Counted from the first letter of the whole stretch, positions 25,226 to 39,213 are shown. The stretch: DNA of 63,412 bases, filler included, from Pirum gemmata (GCA_002812295.1; 23 parts of 23 records of this genome joined end to end with filler, not necessarily neighbours in it), one strand, 5' to 3'. Program-made: numbers and translations. Notes: generated from the sequence alone by a model not told the origin.

Positions 25226-26695
25226 TATTTTAGAAATTACTAATAAGTAGACTATGATAGCTATACTATGATAGTCTGGCGAAACTTGGCAATAAATTAT
25301 TTACAGAAAAGCTGCACCCCCCTAACCCTAACCCTAACCCTAACCCTAACCCTAACCCTAACCCTAACCCTAACCCTAACCCTAACCCTAACTAACCCTA
25401 ACCCCCTCCCCTCTACTAGTGTTTAGAAATTAGTTTTCGATCACTAAGTTCGATTAAAAAAGCTCGTATATCGTCTTACTATATTGTTAATTTTTTATTT
25501 AAAAAATAAATCGAAAAGAAATATTTTTTGATACGAATATACTCGAAATCGATATGAAATTCGATGGACATGCAATGGGAGAGGGAAAGTAGTAGGGTGA
25601 GATTACGTCATTTTATTATTACCGAGCAGCTGCCAGAACTTTTCCGATTTTATGGTTCTTATTACTATTAATATTAATATTATTACTTTAATTAGTAACT
25701 ACTATAATTAGATTTACTATTTTAAGCTATATAACTGCTATTATTAGTAAGAAACACGGAACTAAGGTTGGCTCGATAAGCATCTGTTCGAAAAAAGTTC
25801 CAGTAGATGGTCTCACCCTTGGAAAGTATTTAGTGTAAATGATATCAATAATCAATATCACCTTGGTGCATCACGCTAAAAAACTACCAACTTTTAAAAA
25901 GTGCCCAAATTTTTTCTGGCGGCTTGAACGTTTCGAATATTATTAATTAATATATTTGAAAAATCAAACATAAGTATCACTATGTTTCCAAAAGTTGGGG
26001 TTTCTCAACACTACTAGCTAGCCATGGTGCAAAGAGCCTAAAAACGACCTACTTTTTCAACTAGTATAAACGTTTCCTAATATGGTAATCAATTTACTAA
26101 ATATGGTTAATCGATTTGAATAATGGACTTATTTGGATAATTGATTACCATAATAGCGACTATGATTCAATTGATTGCCATATTTGTAGTACATGAGTAC
26201 TAATTTTGGTTAATATAGTTCGAATATTTCAAACCTATTAAATGGCTATTAAATTACTTATGATTTTTTTTTTTTAAAAAAAAACTGAAATTATAGTGAT
26301 ACCCAAAAGTTGGGCGTTTTTTAGCTTGTTTAGACTTGTTTGCATAATACGTCACGTCAAGGGGTAGGTAGGTAGGCGGTATTTGACCGGAAATTAACGT
26401 CAAGTGGTAGGTAGGTAGGGGTATTTGAAGCAATACTTAATTGGAAATTGGCGTTACGTAGTATTTGCCGCAATAAACCCACTTCAAAAAACGCACCTAT
26501 ATAGCTAATCAAAAACCAGGATCACTAGCGTTTATTTTAAAAAAAAAATAATTATAAAAAAAAAAACCAANNNNNNNNNNNNNNNNNNNNNNNNNNNNNN
26601 NNNNNNNNNNNNNNTTAATTAATTAANNNNNNNNNNNNNNNNNNNNNNNNNNNNNNNNNNNNNNNNNNNNTAGTAGTAGTAGTAGTAGTAGTTGC

Positions 26696-26756
<61 letters not shown>

Positions 26757-26825
26757 ACAGTAGTAATAGTAGTAGTAGTAGTAGTAGTATCAGTAGTAGT
26801 AGTAGTAGTAGTAGTAGTAGTTGTT

Positions 26826-26857
<32 letters not shown>

Positions 26858-27084
26858 GGTGGTTGTTGGTGTTGGGACTGGGAGTTGTGGGAAAAAACAT
26901 TGAATCGAGACAAGTTCGAAATTTTTGAAATTTTTCGATCTAATTTTAAGTATTGACTCATTTTTGATTTCAATAAAAAATTCTTAGAAATTTCTTGGAA
27001 AAAACTTGAAACTTGAAAAAAAAATAATATCATTTCAAAATTGTCACTATTTAACAATTAGGATCGAACTGTTTGATTCGATTA

Positions 27085-28915
27085 TTACTGGGGTAAATAA
27101 ATGATATCACCTACCAAACTAAAATTATTACCTACCATATTATTATTCACTTTTTCTAACATTAAAATTTAAAAACTTAATATTATTGTCATTTACTAAT
27201 AATTTGGAAAATGTAGCCTAAACTATAAACAAAATGTAACAAATAAATAATATTATCTACAAAATTAGCTTAGGTTTGTTAAGTGTTGGGTTGGGGTAAA
27301 TAAATAATATCACCTACCAAATTAAAATTATTAGCTACCGTATTAATATTATCTACAAAATTAACTTAGGTTGGTGTTGGGTTGGGGTAAATAAATAATA
27401 TCACCTACCAAATTAAAATTATTAGCTACCATATTAATTTTGACTTTTTCTACCATTAAAATTAAAAAAGTGAATATCATTTTCAAATAATTAGTAAAAT
27501 GTAGCCTAAACTATAAACGAAATGTAACAAATAAACAACATTATCTAACACGTTAACTTAAATTAAAATTATTAGCTAAACTTATTAATATTGACTTTTT
27601 CTACCATTAAAATTTAAAAAGTGAATATTAGTATCATTTACTAATAATTAGTAAAATGTAGCCTAAACCATAAAAAAAATACAACAAATAAATAATATTA
27701 TCTACCAAATTAACTTAGGAGTATTAGCTGCCATATTAATATTAACTTTTTGTACCATTACAATTTAAAAAATGAATATTATTATCATTTACTGATAATT
27801 AGTAAAATGTAAAAATGTAGCCTAAACCATAAACAAAATGTAACAAACAAATTAACATTAAAGTATTGAAAAACTATGTTTGAAATTGAACCATAAACCA
27901 AAACCAAAAACTACTATCTATTTTTTAAAATCATTTACTAATAATTCGTAAAATGTAGCCTGAATCATAAACAAAATGTAACAAATAAATAATATTATCT
28001 ACCAAATTAAAATTAAAGTATTGAAAAGGTATGTTTCGTACCACTTAATAAGAGGTCAATTTTACAATTCAACCATAAACCAAAACCAAAAACTACTATC
28101 TACCAAATAAATATTATCTTTTATCAATTTTTTAAAATCATTTACTAATAATTAGTAAAATGTAGCCTAAATCATAAACAAAATTTAACAAATAAATAAT
28201 AGTATTTACCAAATTAACATTAAAGTATTGAAAAGGTGTGTTTCGTACCACTTAATAAGAGGGTTTGGGGAGTTAATTTCGCACTTGAATCATAACCCAA
28301 AACCAAAAACTATTATTTATTAAATAAAATTATCTTCTACCAATTTTTTAAAACATTTACTAATAATTAGTAAACTGTAGCCTAAACCATTAACAAAATG
28401 TAACAAAAAAAATATTATCTACCAAAATAACATTATAGTATTGAAAAAGTATGTTTTGTGCCACTTAATAAGAGAGCTTGGGGGTCAATTTCACAATTGA
28501 ACCATAACCAAACCAAAAACTACTATCTAACAAATAATATTATCTTCTACCAATTTTTTAAAATCATTAATTAGTAAAATGTAACCTAAACCAATAACAA
28601 AATGTAACAAAAAAAAATAGTATCTACCAAAATAACATTCAAGAATTGAAAAAGTATGTTTTGTACCACTTAATAAGAGAGCTTGGGGTTCAATTTCACG
28701 ATTGAACCATAAACCAAACCAAAAACTACTATCTACCAAATAAATATTATCTTCTACCAATTTTTTAAAAACATTAATAATTAGTAAAATGTAGCCTAAA
28801 CCATTAACAAAAGGTAACAAAAAAAAATATTATCTACCAAATTAACATTGAAGTATTGAAAAAGTATGTTTTTTACCACTTAATAAGAGAGCTTGGGGGT
28901 CAATTTCACAATTCC
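27085..28915. repeat. Degenerate AT-rich satellite, units about 90-215 bp
   Basis: Recurrent TAATTAGTAAAATGTAGCCTAAACCAT..AACAAAATGTAACAA..TATTATCTACCAAATTAAC. Confidence 0.9.
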
Positions 28916-29008
28916 AATTCCCAGCCATTATTTCGTTTACTTTAGGGCCTACCGTTTTTTTTAAGTATGCGTTACCGACAAAATTTATGAAGAAATCCAT
29001 TGCCTATG

Positions 29009-29040
<32 letters not shown>

Positions 29041-29207
29041 NNNNNNNNNNNNNNNNNNNNNNNNNNNNNNNNNNNNNNNNNNNNTTAATTAATTAANNNN
29101 NNNNNNNNNNNNNNNNNNNNNNNNNNNNNNNNNNNNNNNNAATAATAATAATAAAAACAAAAATAAAAATTATAAAAATAAAAAAAAATAAAAATAGTGA
29201 TAAATAC

Positions 29208-29242
<35 letters not shown>

Positions 29243-29555
29243 TAAAAATAAAAAGTAATTATTTATATAATATAATAATAATAATAGTATAATAAATAAT
29301 GATAATAAATTAATAATAATAATTACCAGTTTGTAGATAAAGAAAGAAAATAAAAAGAAGATAAAATACTACCAAAATTTCTTTTTTTTGGCAGTTTTAA
29401 ATCCATATTAAAAAACATATTAAATAAAGTTAAAAACTAAATAGGTCGGTTTTAATAGTATATGGAGCCAAAGTTACTTGAGCCTGCATAGTTTCTAGTT
29501 ACATTATGAACAGAAGAAAAGAGATGTATGGTCATTAATTTCTTTTTCACTATCA

Positions 29556-31358
29556 TTAACATTGATCAACAACACCAACACCAACATCATTATCATCATT
29601 ATCATCATTATCATCATTACCATCATTAACATCATTAACATCATTATCATCATTATCATCATTATCATCATTAACATCATTAACATCATTAACATCATTA
29701 ACATCATTAACATCATTATCATCATTATCATCATTATCATCAATTTCATGAAAATGAACAACAACACCAACATCATTATCGTCATCATCATTATTATCTT
29801 CAATATCATTAACATTATCATTAACGTTATCATCATTATCACCATCCCATACACCTTTATCACTACTAACCACTCCATCAACACTAGCTAAGTTATTAGC
29901 CGATGGTGTTAAATCAATAGTATTTTCTTCTTCGCAAATCGTAGCATCAGTACAATACTGATCTATTAAAAGCTCTGTAGATTTTACTAATAAAACTGAT
30001 GATTTTCTATTTCTACGAGGTCTATACGACTGATTATTATCATTTGTATTATGAACATTACTTTTACTTCTATTATTTGTTTTAGTTGTTCTACTGACGA
30101 AAGTTGTTTGGTGATCAATCCATTCGATAAAAGCTAATTCAGTAAAGGTGTCTAATAAATAAATTAAAGCAAATGCTTGTATAGAATATTGCCAACCTAT
30201 TGCGCCAATTATATTATCACCACTAGCATCAATAATAATAGTAGTACTAACAAACACTGAAACAAACAAAATACTACGAAGATTAATGTATAAATCGGAA
30301 AACTTAGTAGATGCTTTTCGACAACACCAAGTATAATACAAAATCAAACCACCATAAAAAACAACAACTAGTAAATAAGCTAAACTATACCATTGACTAT
30401 CCCAATCAGTAAAAGTATAAATAGTAAAAGGAGTAATTGACAATCCAAAAACGATAAAATAGGTTGGAAAAAATTGCATGTACATCTTCATTGGGCTTAA
30501 AGAGTGGGCCTTAACCTTAAAACAACGGTACACTACCTGCATTCGACCTGCTAAAGAACCGTACATGTTGGTAGCCACTAACACAGTTAAAACACCAACT
30601 GCATAACTAATTTTTCGTAATTGTTCTTGATCTTCTAATAAACTTGGAAATTGCAACAATCGCACAGCGGATAGCAACAAACAACAAGGTATAGATAATA
30701 TCATACTCGAAATAAGATGAATTAAAAACAATTTGCCACGACTTCGAACAACTGTAGAATTGCGAAAATAAATACCAATACTTAATATACTTAAGCATAA
30801 TATTAATGTAATTATGCCAGTCACAAGGCAATAAACAAATATTTCATCATAATCTTCATATAATTCTTTAACTTGTTGAGTTAGTAATTGTTTTCTTTGC
30901 ATTAACTTTAATCCTGTTGCATTAAGTTCTTGTTTAAGTATTGTCATGTTTGTCTTTTCGTCTTTTAGTATTTGAAATTGTTGATTAAGTAAACTTAATT
31001 GAGCTGCAGTTGGAACACCTGTAGAATAATAACTAGCATTTTGTACCAATACTTGTTTATATTTAACCATAAACTCACTTTTCCTTTTAGTTAAGTTAGT
31101 TATTGATGAATTCAATACCACAGCTTCGTATTCTAAGCTAGCTTTTTCACCAGCAAACAATTTCAAATAATGGGGGGCATCGTACGGTCGTTTATGGATA
31201 GAAATGATCAAAGTAGGTAGGTTGATCAAAGCCACTAATGCCAAACAACCTAAATAAACGAGTTTTCCATATTTTATATAATAATTTTGGGATTTAATAT
31301 TACTAATAGAACTTTCATTAGTAGTAAAATTGGTTTTGTGTGTTTGGCTGTTTGCCAT
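29556..31358 (-). CDS. Intronless 600-aa class-C-GPCR-like 7TM protein with N-terminal hydrophobic helix, coiled-coil ectodomain and acidic repeat tail
   Basis: Long ORF with seven hydrophobic segments after about aa 172; FRNSTVVRSRG, YGSLAGRMQVVYRCF and WCCRKASTKFSD resemble 7tm_3/GABA-B loop motifs. Confidence 0.7.
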   Translation of the reverse strand: MANSQTHKTNFTTNESSISNIKSQNYYIKYGKLVYLGCLALVALINLPTLIISIHKRPYDAPHYLKLFAGEKASLEYEAVVLNSSITNLTKRKSEFMVKYKQVLVQNASYYSTGVPTAAQLSLLNQQFQILKDEKTNMTILKQELNATGLKLMQRKQLLTQQVKELYEDYDEIFVYCLVTGIITLILCLSILSIGIYFRNSTVVRSRGKLFLIHLISSMILSIPCCLLLSAVRLLQFPSLLEDQEQLRKISYAVGVLTVLVATNMYGSLAGRMQVVYRCFKVKAHSLSPMKMYMQFFPTYFIVFGLSITPFTIYTFTDWDSQWYSLAYLLVVVFYGGLILYYTWCCRKASTKFSDLYINLRSILFVSVFVSTTIIIDASGDNIIGAIGWQYSIQAFALIYLLDTFTELAFIEWIDHQTTFVSRTTKTNNRSKSNVHNTNDNNQSYRPRRNRKSSVLLVKSTELLIDQYCTDATICEEENTIDLTPSANNLASVDGVVSSDKGVWDGDNDDNVNDNVNDIEDNNDDDDNDVGVVVHFHEIDDNDDNDDNDVNDVNDVNDVNDVNDDNDDNDDNDVNDVNDGNDDNDDNDDNDVGVGVVDQC

Positions 31359-33873
31359 TTTTATTAGTAGTTTTGTTGTATAATATTATAATAATAATAA
31401 TATATAAATAATAAAATAATAATAACAATAATAACAAAGTATAATATATAATAATCGAAATAATAATCGAAATAATAATAATAATAATAACAATAACAAT
31501 AATAATAATAATAATAGTAATAATNNNNNNNNNNNNNNNNNNNNNNNNNNNNNNNNNNNNNNNNNNNNTTAATTAATTAANNNNNNNNNNNNNNNNNNNN
31601 NNNNNNNNNNNNNNNNNNNNNNNNAAATATTCTTGTTGATCCAATAATAATTACCATATCTACATTGTTTTTTGATTTATTTCAAGTTATTATCCAATAA
31701 TAATAATGGAAACTTAAATAAAACTTCCAAATTTATAATTTATTACCTAATTTGAAAAAATAATTACCACATCTCATTGTTTTTTTGATTTATTTCAAGT
31801 CATTATCCAATAAAGTTTAAATAAAACTTCCAAATTTATCATTTATTACCTAATTTGGAAATCGTATCTACTTTTTTGGAAATATCCCTACATGTGTAAA
31901 AAAATCCCAATAAAATTTTAAAATTAATATTATTTTTAGAAAAAAAACCCATAATTTACCGAATTCATTACTATTTTTATGAAATAAAACACCAAATTTG
32001 ATCGAAAATTCCATAATTATACAATTAGTTACCATATTTAGAAAAAAGATCCGCTGGCCACACAGGATCCTCAGAAGGCGATATATATATATATACATAG
32101 TACAAATTTAGAAATACACTACTAGAATCAAATTTTTCTTGGGTTTTTTAAATTAAACGTGTTGCATAGTGTAGTCAACAATAAATAAATCTTTTAAAAC
32201 AATCACTTCGATGAGGGGTCTTTCATAAAATAAATCAATTTTTTGTTTTGCTGTACCCCTCCCCCAATGCCACTATATTGTCATTGAAATAATGAAATCC
32301 GCGACAACAATAATCTTTAACCCCGCTCGCGCTAATAAATAAATTGAGCTTCCCAAAATACTCTTCCCGCCCCCAACTCCCACCTCGTCACCATTTTATC
32401 ATATTTTACCTCCTTCAAAAAAAAAAAAAAAACCCCCCCCCCCCCCCGAAGAAAAAAAAAAAAAACTCGTTTTTTACTCGGTGAGTGACGATATTTATGG
32501 ATGTTCTTATGTTCCCTTGCTAACTTAAGTTTATAAATATAATAATAATTCAGTTTTATGGAAGTTATAACGGTAATGCATAAGAACAAATTGAACAATA
32601 AATATTTGATTTTTTGAACCAGTACTATACTTCATGTTAATAGAAATCTGGCTTGGACATTATTATTATTATTATCACGATAGTATTTTTTAAACTTGCA
32701 CTTTTTGGGAGTTTNNNNNNNNNNNNNNNNNNNNNNNNNNNNNNNNNNNNNNNNNNNNNNNNNNNNNNNNNNNNNNNNNNNNNNNNNNNNNNNNNNNNNN
32801 NNNNNNNNNNNNNNNNNNNNNNNNNNNNNNNNNNNNNNNNNNNNNNNNNNNNNNNNNNNNNNNNNNAAAAAAAAAAAAATCGTGATTCATATATAAATAT
32901 AAACAATACAAAAATGAAATATTAACAATAAAAACCCTAAGCAAGAACACATCATCTTCAGCTCCATAGAAGTAACAAAAACAACAATGATAACATCACC
33001 ATAACAGCACTACCACCAATATGTCGATAACAATAATAATAACACAACACTAATAATAATAGTAATAATAATATATATAATATAATAATAATAGTATCTA
33101 ACACTACTAACAATCAAAATCTCACAATACATAACTTTTTTAACAAAAACAACAATAAATTATTACCAACATGAATAATTCACACAATAGAAACCCTACA
33201 AAACATGAACCCAATATTATACAAAAGAACACATGTACAGAACAATACTAAAATTAGCGTATACGTACAACCATCAAAATAACAACAATAATTATAATAA
33301 CTTTAACTATTAATATTAATACGAATTTTACGATATAAAACAAAAAATCTTCATTAAAACTCAATAATACAACAACAATATAAAGATATGTGTAAAAAAG
33401 AAACAACAAAAACATTAATCTTATTAATACTATTAAGATTTGTTGTGATATTTTAATAGTTATTTGTGTTGCATGTGAAGATGTGTTGAAATTTTTTATG
33501 AAGGTTGGCGCTTCTCCTTGTTTTAAGGGATTGATCATGATCATGCATATTAATTAATATATGTTGATCCTTTAATTTTTGTTTTTGTTTTTGGGTGTTT
33601 TGATATTGTCTTGTATAAATTCGAATTGGTTTTAACGTTAATTAACGTTGTTGTTGGTAAAAAATTTAAAGTTTGTGTTTTTGTTGTTGTAGGGGTTGAA
33701 GTAGCTTATCTGGTATAAAGGTATTAATTAATTTTGGCCATATTTTAATTTGCTAACATTAATATTAACTTAAGGTGTTGGCTAAATTCATTCTTTCTAA
33801 TAAAAGGGTAGAGCCTTCGGTTTTTTGGTTGTTTCTAGCTTGATTATTAGGGTTAACGTTGTTCGGTTCTAGC

Positions 33874-33907
<34 letters not shown>

Positions 33908-34410
33908 GTAATATATAATATTAATAATGATTTTATAATAATAATAATAATAATAATAATTAACGAACGGGATAATAATAATAATAATANNNNNNNNNNN
34001 NNNNNNNNNNNNNNNNNNNNNNNNNNNNNNNNNNNNNNNNNNNNNNNNNNNNNNNNCCCCATTAAAAAAGTCGGGTAGTATGGGAAGAGACCTAACAAAT
34101 TGACTCTAATAATCCAATCATTTAGCTATAATTTAACATATTATTTTCCCTGCTTAGCTATATACAAATATCAAATTATTTATTATACTTTCCAAAAATA
34201 GTATTTATACTACTTTATTTAGTAAGTTTACATATATAGTTATGTAATATTAGCTGGAAAGGGTGTATAATTTTTGCCTTTTAATGAAATAGTAATTTAA
34301 ATATTTGTAATTTGTAAAACAAAACTTTATAATATAATAAATATTGATGATATCAATCGTATTGCCATTATGCAGATTAATATTTAAAAAAAATGTTAAT
34401 AAATAAGTAA

Positions 34411-34448
<38 letters not shown>

Positions 34449-35001
34449 TAACAATGATANNNNNNNNNNNNNNNNNNNNNNNNNNNNNNNNNNNNNNNNN
34501 NNNTTAATTAATTAANNNNNNNNNNNNNNNNNNNNNNNNNNNNNNNNNNNNNNNNNNNNTAATTATTTCTAATTATTTCTAATTACAATCTTAATCATAA
34601 TTACAATTACAATTCTAATCTTATCTTAATCTTAACTCAAACTCTAACTCTAACCCTTTATCTTATAATTTAAACGTACACTATGATAATAACATCATCT
34701 GAGACTAGTATACTTATCACAATTATTATTGACACTTCCCCCTCCCCACACCTAAATAGTTTTTTAACATTAATATTCATATTAAATTTTTTAATTATAA
34801 TCCACAAAAAAATCAATTTGTATTTGTTTTGAAAAGTAATGCTAATTATACTTTAAGTGACCAATATCGTAATTACATAAACATAACCAATATGGTACCG
34901 GTACTTAATATTATATTTTTTTTGATGATTTAAATAGCAAATACATACACATACTTACAATTATATTATATAAATAAATATATATATAATTAATATTATA
35001 G

Positions 35002-35315
35002 GAAAATATTTATTTGTTGATATTGCTCATTTTAGTGGAGTTGTCCATAGAAAATTAGCCGAATACGTAGTCCGAAAATTGCAAACTATTAAAGAGGATA
35101 ACCGATTAAGCCAAATGCACTATTGTCCTCAAGCTCTTAATTTACCTGTCTCTTATAAATCTACTATAGTCAATAACACCCAATACACTTGTCGTAGCAC
35201 TCGTATTTTAAAACAAAAATTGAATGAATTAGGTCGTTGGTTGGTGGAATATGATAACCCCACTTATGACCAAAACGCCAATTCTACAGCTAAAAGAGTT
35301 CCAAGACTAAATTAG
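35002..35315 (+). CDS. GDSL/SGNH esterase-lipase, terminal exon
   Basis: TATAG acceptor then KYLFVDIAHFSGVVHRKLAEYV (block V DxxH), open to TAG. Confidence 0.65.
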
Positions 35316-35935
35316 TTATAATGCATACTTAATAAATAATAATAATATGATTCAATTCTGTATAATAATTCTATATTCTTATTTACTTATTTAAAAAATA
35401 TTAATATTATTAGAAGAATGAAAAATGAAATTATTGAATTGTAATTAAATTACTAACATAGTAATCCAGAGTCAAATACAACTAGCTATATATAAATATT
35501 TATATATATGTATATAGGTAGGCAGGTGTAAGTGTGAAAAGCAAAATTGGTGTTTTCTTTATGATTTGCTTATTAAAATTTCCCCTTTTGCTATATTCCA
35601 AAAGGCAGCTTATGGATTTGTTATGGATTTGTTTTTAATCTTTCTCGAGTATTGAAACATTTCATTAATTGTAACAAACATATGTATTAATACATTGTTA
35701 TAAGGTATTAAAAATTATGGATTTGTTATAAAAAAAATTACTGATATGTTTTTTAACTCTTTCGAGTATTGGAACATTTCATTAGTTGTAACAAACATAC
35801 AAACATATGTACATTGTTATTTGGTTTTTTAATTTTTAATTTTTAATTTTTTTTTTTTTTAAAAAAAAAATTAAAAAAATTAAAAATTAAAAAATAAATG
35901 TATATGGATTTGTTATGGATTTGTTATAAAAGAAA

Positions 35936-36816
35936 TTATGGATTTGTTATCAAAAAATTATGGATTCGTTTTAACTCTTTCGGGTATTGAAACATTTCAT
36001 TGGTTGTAATAAACATATGTACTTTGTTATTTGGTATTAAACAATACTCAAAGTTGGTGTGAGAGACATGAGTGGCTAACATTAAATCTTTTTGAGCAGT
36101 TTTAAAATCAAATTTGTGGATATCATAAAATATTTTTCTTTTCATGTAATTTTGTTTATCTCTTTTATAATCAGCTTCAACTGCTTGCTTTAACACTGTG
36201 TAGAAAAACTTTTGCCCAAAATCATTATCAGAACCCAGATACAATACTTTCATGTTTGGATTTTTGGAAAGATTTTCCTTAAGAACATCAAACGTAACTT
36301 TGATTTCACCATTTTGGCAATTTTTCACAAACTCTTTTGAATACCCAAGCCTTTTTAAAGCGTGGCATAAGCCATAGACATTGAATATTTCCTGCAAGGC
36401 CGGAGTATTAGGAAGAATACCCACAGAACTATCAAGTAAAATTTTATTGACTCCAAAACGTTTATGCATATAACCACTATAAATTTGGGCACCTATACTG
36501 CCAGCACTGGCACCAGAAACTATTTCAATTTTTATAGTATTATTTTCCACCCAATTCATCACCTGCATCGTATTTGCAAAGCCATCAAAATAGGTAGGGT
36601 TAGTTTCATAGCCATTTTTTGAAAGATGCTGAACACCTTGTCCATAATGAAAATCGCCAGAACAATAGTTATTGACTACTACAGTCATATTGGTATAGTG
36701 AAGTAAAGATTTCTTATTTGCACGATCAAATAAACCAATTGGTTGGACGGGGTGAAATTGTCTGGTTGAAAACATTGAAAAACGCCAATCTTGACAAGTA
36801 AATTTATCCCAACAAG
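35936..36816 (-). CDS. Pectin-acetylesterase/Notum-family (CE13-like) alpha/beta hydrolase, large terminal exon
   Basis: ACWDKFTC..NYCSGDFHYG..GFANTMQVMNWV..VSGASAGSIGA (GxSxG)..LLDS..HMFI; acceptor at 36817-36818, so the ORF-track N-terminus is intronic. Confidence 0.8.
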
Positions 36817-36892
36817 CTATTTTTAAAAAATAAAAAAAATAAAAAATATATATTAATAAAAATAATATAATATTAACAATAAGAATAATAAA

Positions 36893-36923
<31 letters not shown>

Positions 36924-37059
36924 TTTATTAATACGTGCAATTAGGCATGGGGTGTGGATNNNNNNNNNNNNNNNNNNNNNNNNNNNNNNNNNNNNNNNNN
37001 NNNTTAATTAATTAANNNNNNNNNNNNNNNNNNNNNNNNNNNNNNNNNNNNNNNNNNNN

Positions 37060-39000
37060 GTGTTTTTGAAAAGATTGATACTCTTTTATGGTCTCTTTGG
37101 CTTTTGTAAATTGGCGGGTGACTTTTTTTGCCCAAGAGTCACTAGTTTCATTGTTGCTGAAGGTAAATTCAAGTTATCAAGCTCTTCTTCGGTTAGATCT
37201 GTTTCCATTGTTTCCTGGTGTCTTGCTTCTTCTTGCTCACCCTCAGTCCATGTTAAACCATCAATAAAATGACATGCTTTCCTCCTCATAACCACTCGCA
37301 ATCATTCTTCCCCACAATGTGTCGTTTGCAAACGCCTTTACCCATATAACAACAACGGTAGAATTAACTAAGTGTTTTCTTATTACTATTCAAAATGGGA
37401 TTCCTTGTTTGATAGTTGAAGGTTCGCATCTCCCTCTTAAATCATAGAAATGGTCATCATTTCCCTTATTTACTATATGATACCACTAAAATTACTAAAA
37501 GCTAACTTACTAAATCGCGCACCCGAAGGATTATCTTCCCATTTAGAATATGTGAAACTATTAATATTACTTAATCTCTTTGCTTTCTTAGGGGAATCGA
37601 ATATTAAAAAGAAAAAGGAACAGTATTAATATTAATATTAAAATTAATATATTATTATTATTTAAAAAGGGGTGATTGTGAATAAAATGTTCAACTTTAC
37701 CTGGCCTTTGGCGTATACCAGTGAATGTCATTGGGTTGGCTGGATTTCTATTCTGTACTTTTAAGTCAGCAGTGGAAATAATCATATGGGGAGAGCATCT
37801 TCTTCTATGTTCTGTGATAAAAGAGTAGAAAGAAATATTAATTGATTAATTAATTAAGGTTAATTAAGGTTAACATTGGTTAGCATTGGAGATAAAAAGT
37901 ACATAAGTTTACTTCTAAACAAAACAATACCTGCTTGAATTCCGGGTAAGCACCATATCCAGATGCATTAATGCAGTGAGGATTGAGGTAAGATGATTTT
38001 AAAGTCCTTGAGGAATATACATTCGTCAACGTTAACATGTAAAATAACTTACATACGGCAAAGTTGTTGTAACCCCGATCCATGGTTATTACAATATTAA
38101 TGATACGATTTATAATATTTATAGCTAAGGCAATAGGCTATTACCTAGCAATGTCAAAAGAAACCTCTTCATTTGCTCATGTTGGGGAACACTCGGTTGA
38201 TCCACTCTATAGTTTAAAATACCAAACCTGTATAGGTTCACATAGTAGAACATTAGTCGATGCCTGTTTGCGTGATGTGTATTAGTAATGGATTTCTTTT
38301 CTTCTTCTGTTTGCTTATGTTCCATATAAATATGATATAAAGTTTGTGTTACAATTTTCCCATAAAAATGTCTTATATAATCAAGAACATTTTTACTAGT
38401 TGCATTAACATTTCTATTTAAAACATTCATCATGTTTTTTATCTTTTGTAAAACATCTTTGAATTCCTGACTTTGATATTGATGCCTTAAATTTTCCATT
38501 GCTTCAATGCTTTGGGATTACGTTACAGTACTAGTATTTGCTAGTTCCGCAATGAAGAAATTATAACTTCCTTCATAGACGGCTGGACCTTACCATCAGT
38601 TAGAAGTTTTTGAAGTTGTTTCATGACATTATATTAATAGTATTATAAATATTACTATTAGAAATCATAGAATAAGCTGTGTACTCTCTTCCTTCAGAAT
38701 ATGACCTAACTTTACTATGAAATTTAAAGGTTTACCATATTCACTCCATACTCTATATTCTAAATCTTTGTGCCCAGTAATTATAAGTAGTTAACGTTCA
38801 TATGGAAAGGTCTTATCTACTCGACGATAACTTACTATCATCGGACTCCCTTCGTCTTTCAAAAGCCCTTCCACTTAACCATTAATATTTATTATAACTT
38901 TCTCTAACCATTCGTAATAATCCCTTTTATCACTGTACTCTATATTATCATCTGAATAATCTGATAAATCTTGCTCATACTCACTATAAAGACTCATAAT
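37060..39000 (-). mobile_element. Degraded integrase-bearing element (LTR-retrotransposon- or Ginger-like relic)
   Basis: Microsatellite-poor stretch of broken ORFs; EEVSFDIA and ITMDRGYNNF resemble the first two Asp motifs of an rve integrase core. Confidence 0.4.
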
Positions 39001-39154
39001 CTAACAAACCAAAATAATCTAACACAATATTAATAATAATACGGTAATAATTATAATAATATACAATAATATTAATAATAATATTAATGTTAATAAATTT
39101 AAGATAATACTAGTAATAATAATAATACTATCAATAACATGTATTAATACAATG

Positions 39155-39213
<59 letters not shown>

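Noticed and set aside
28527..28820. 97-aa ORF (also 14046-14354)
   Set aside because: Chance frames in satellite DNA
29504..29891. Met/Ile-rich ORFs overlapping the 7TM gene
   Set aside because: Alternative frames of the D/N repeat tail
32950..33870. Possible LINE relic (QHIFTCN-like fragment on the minus strand)
   Set aside because: Too degraded to support without a profile search
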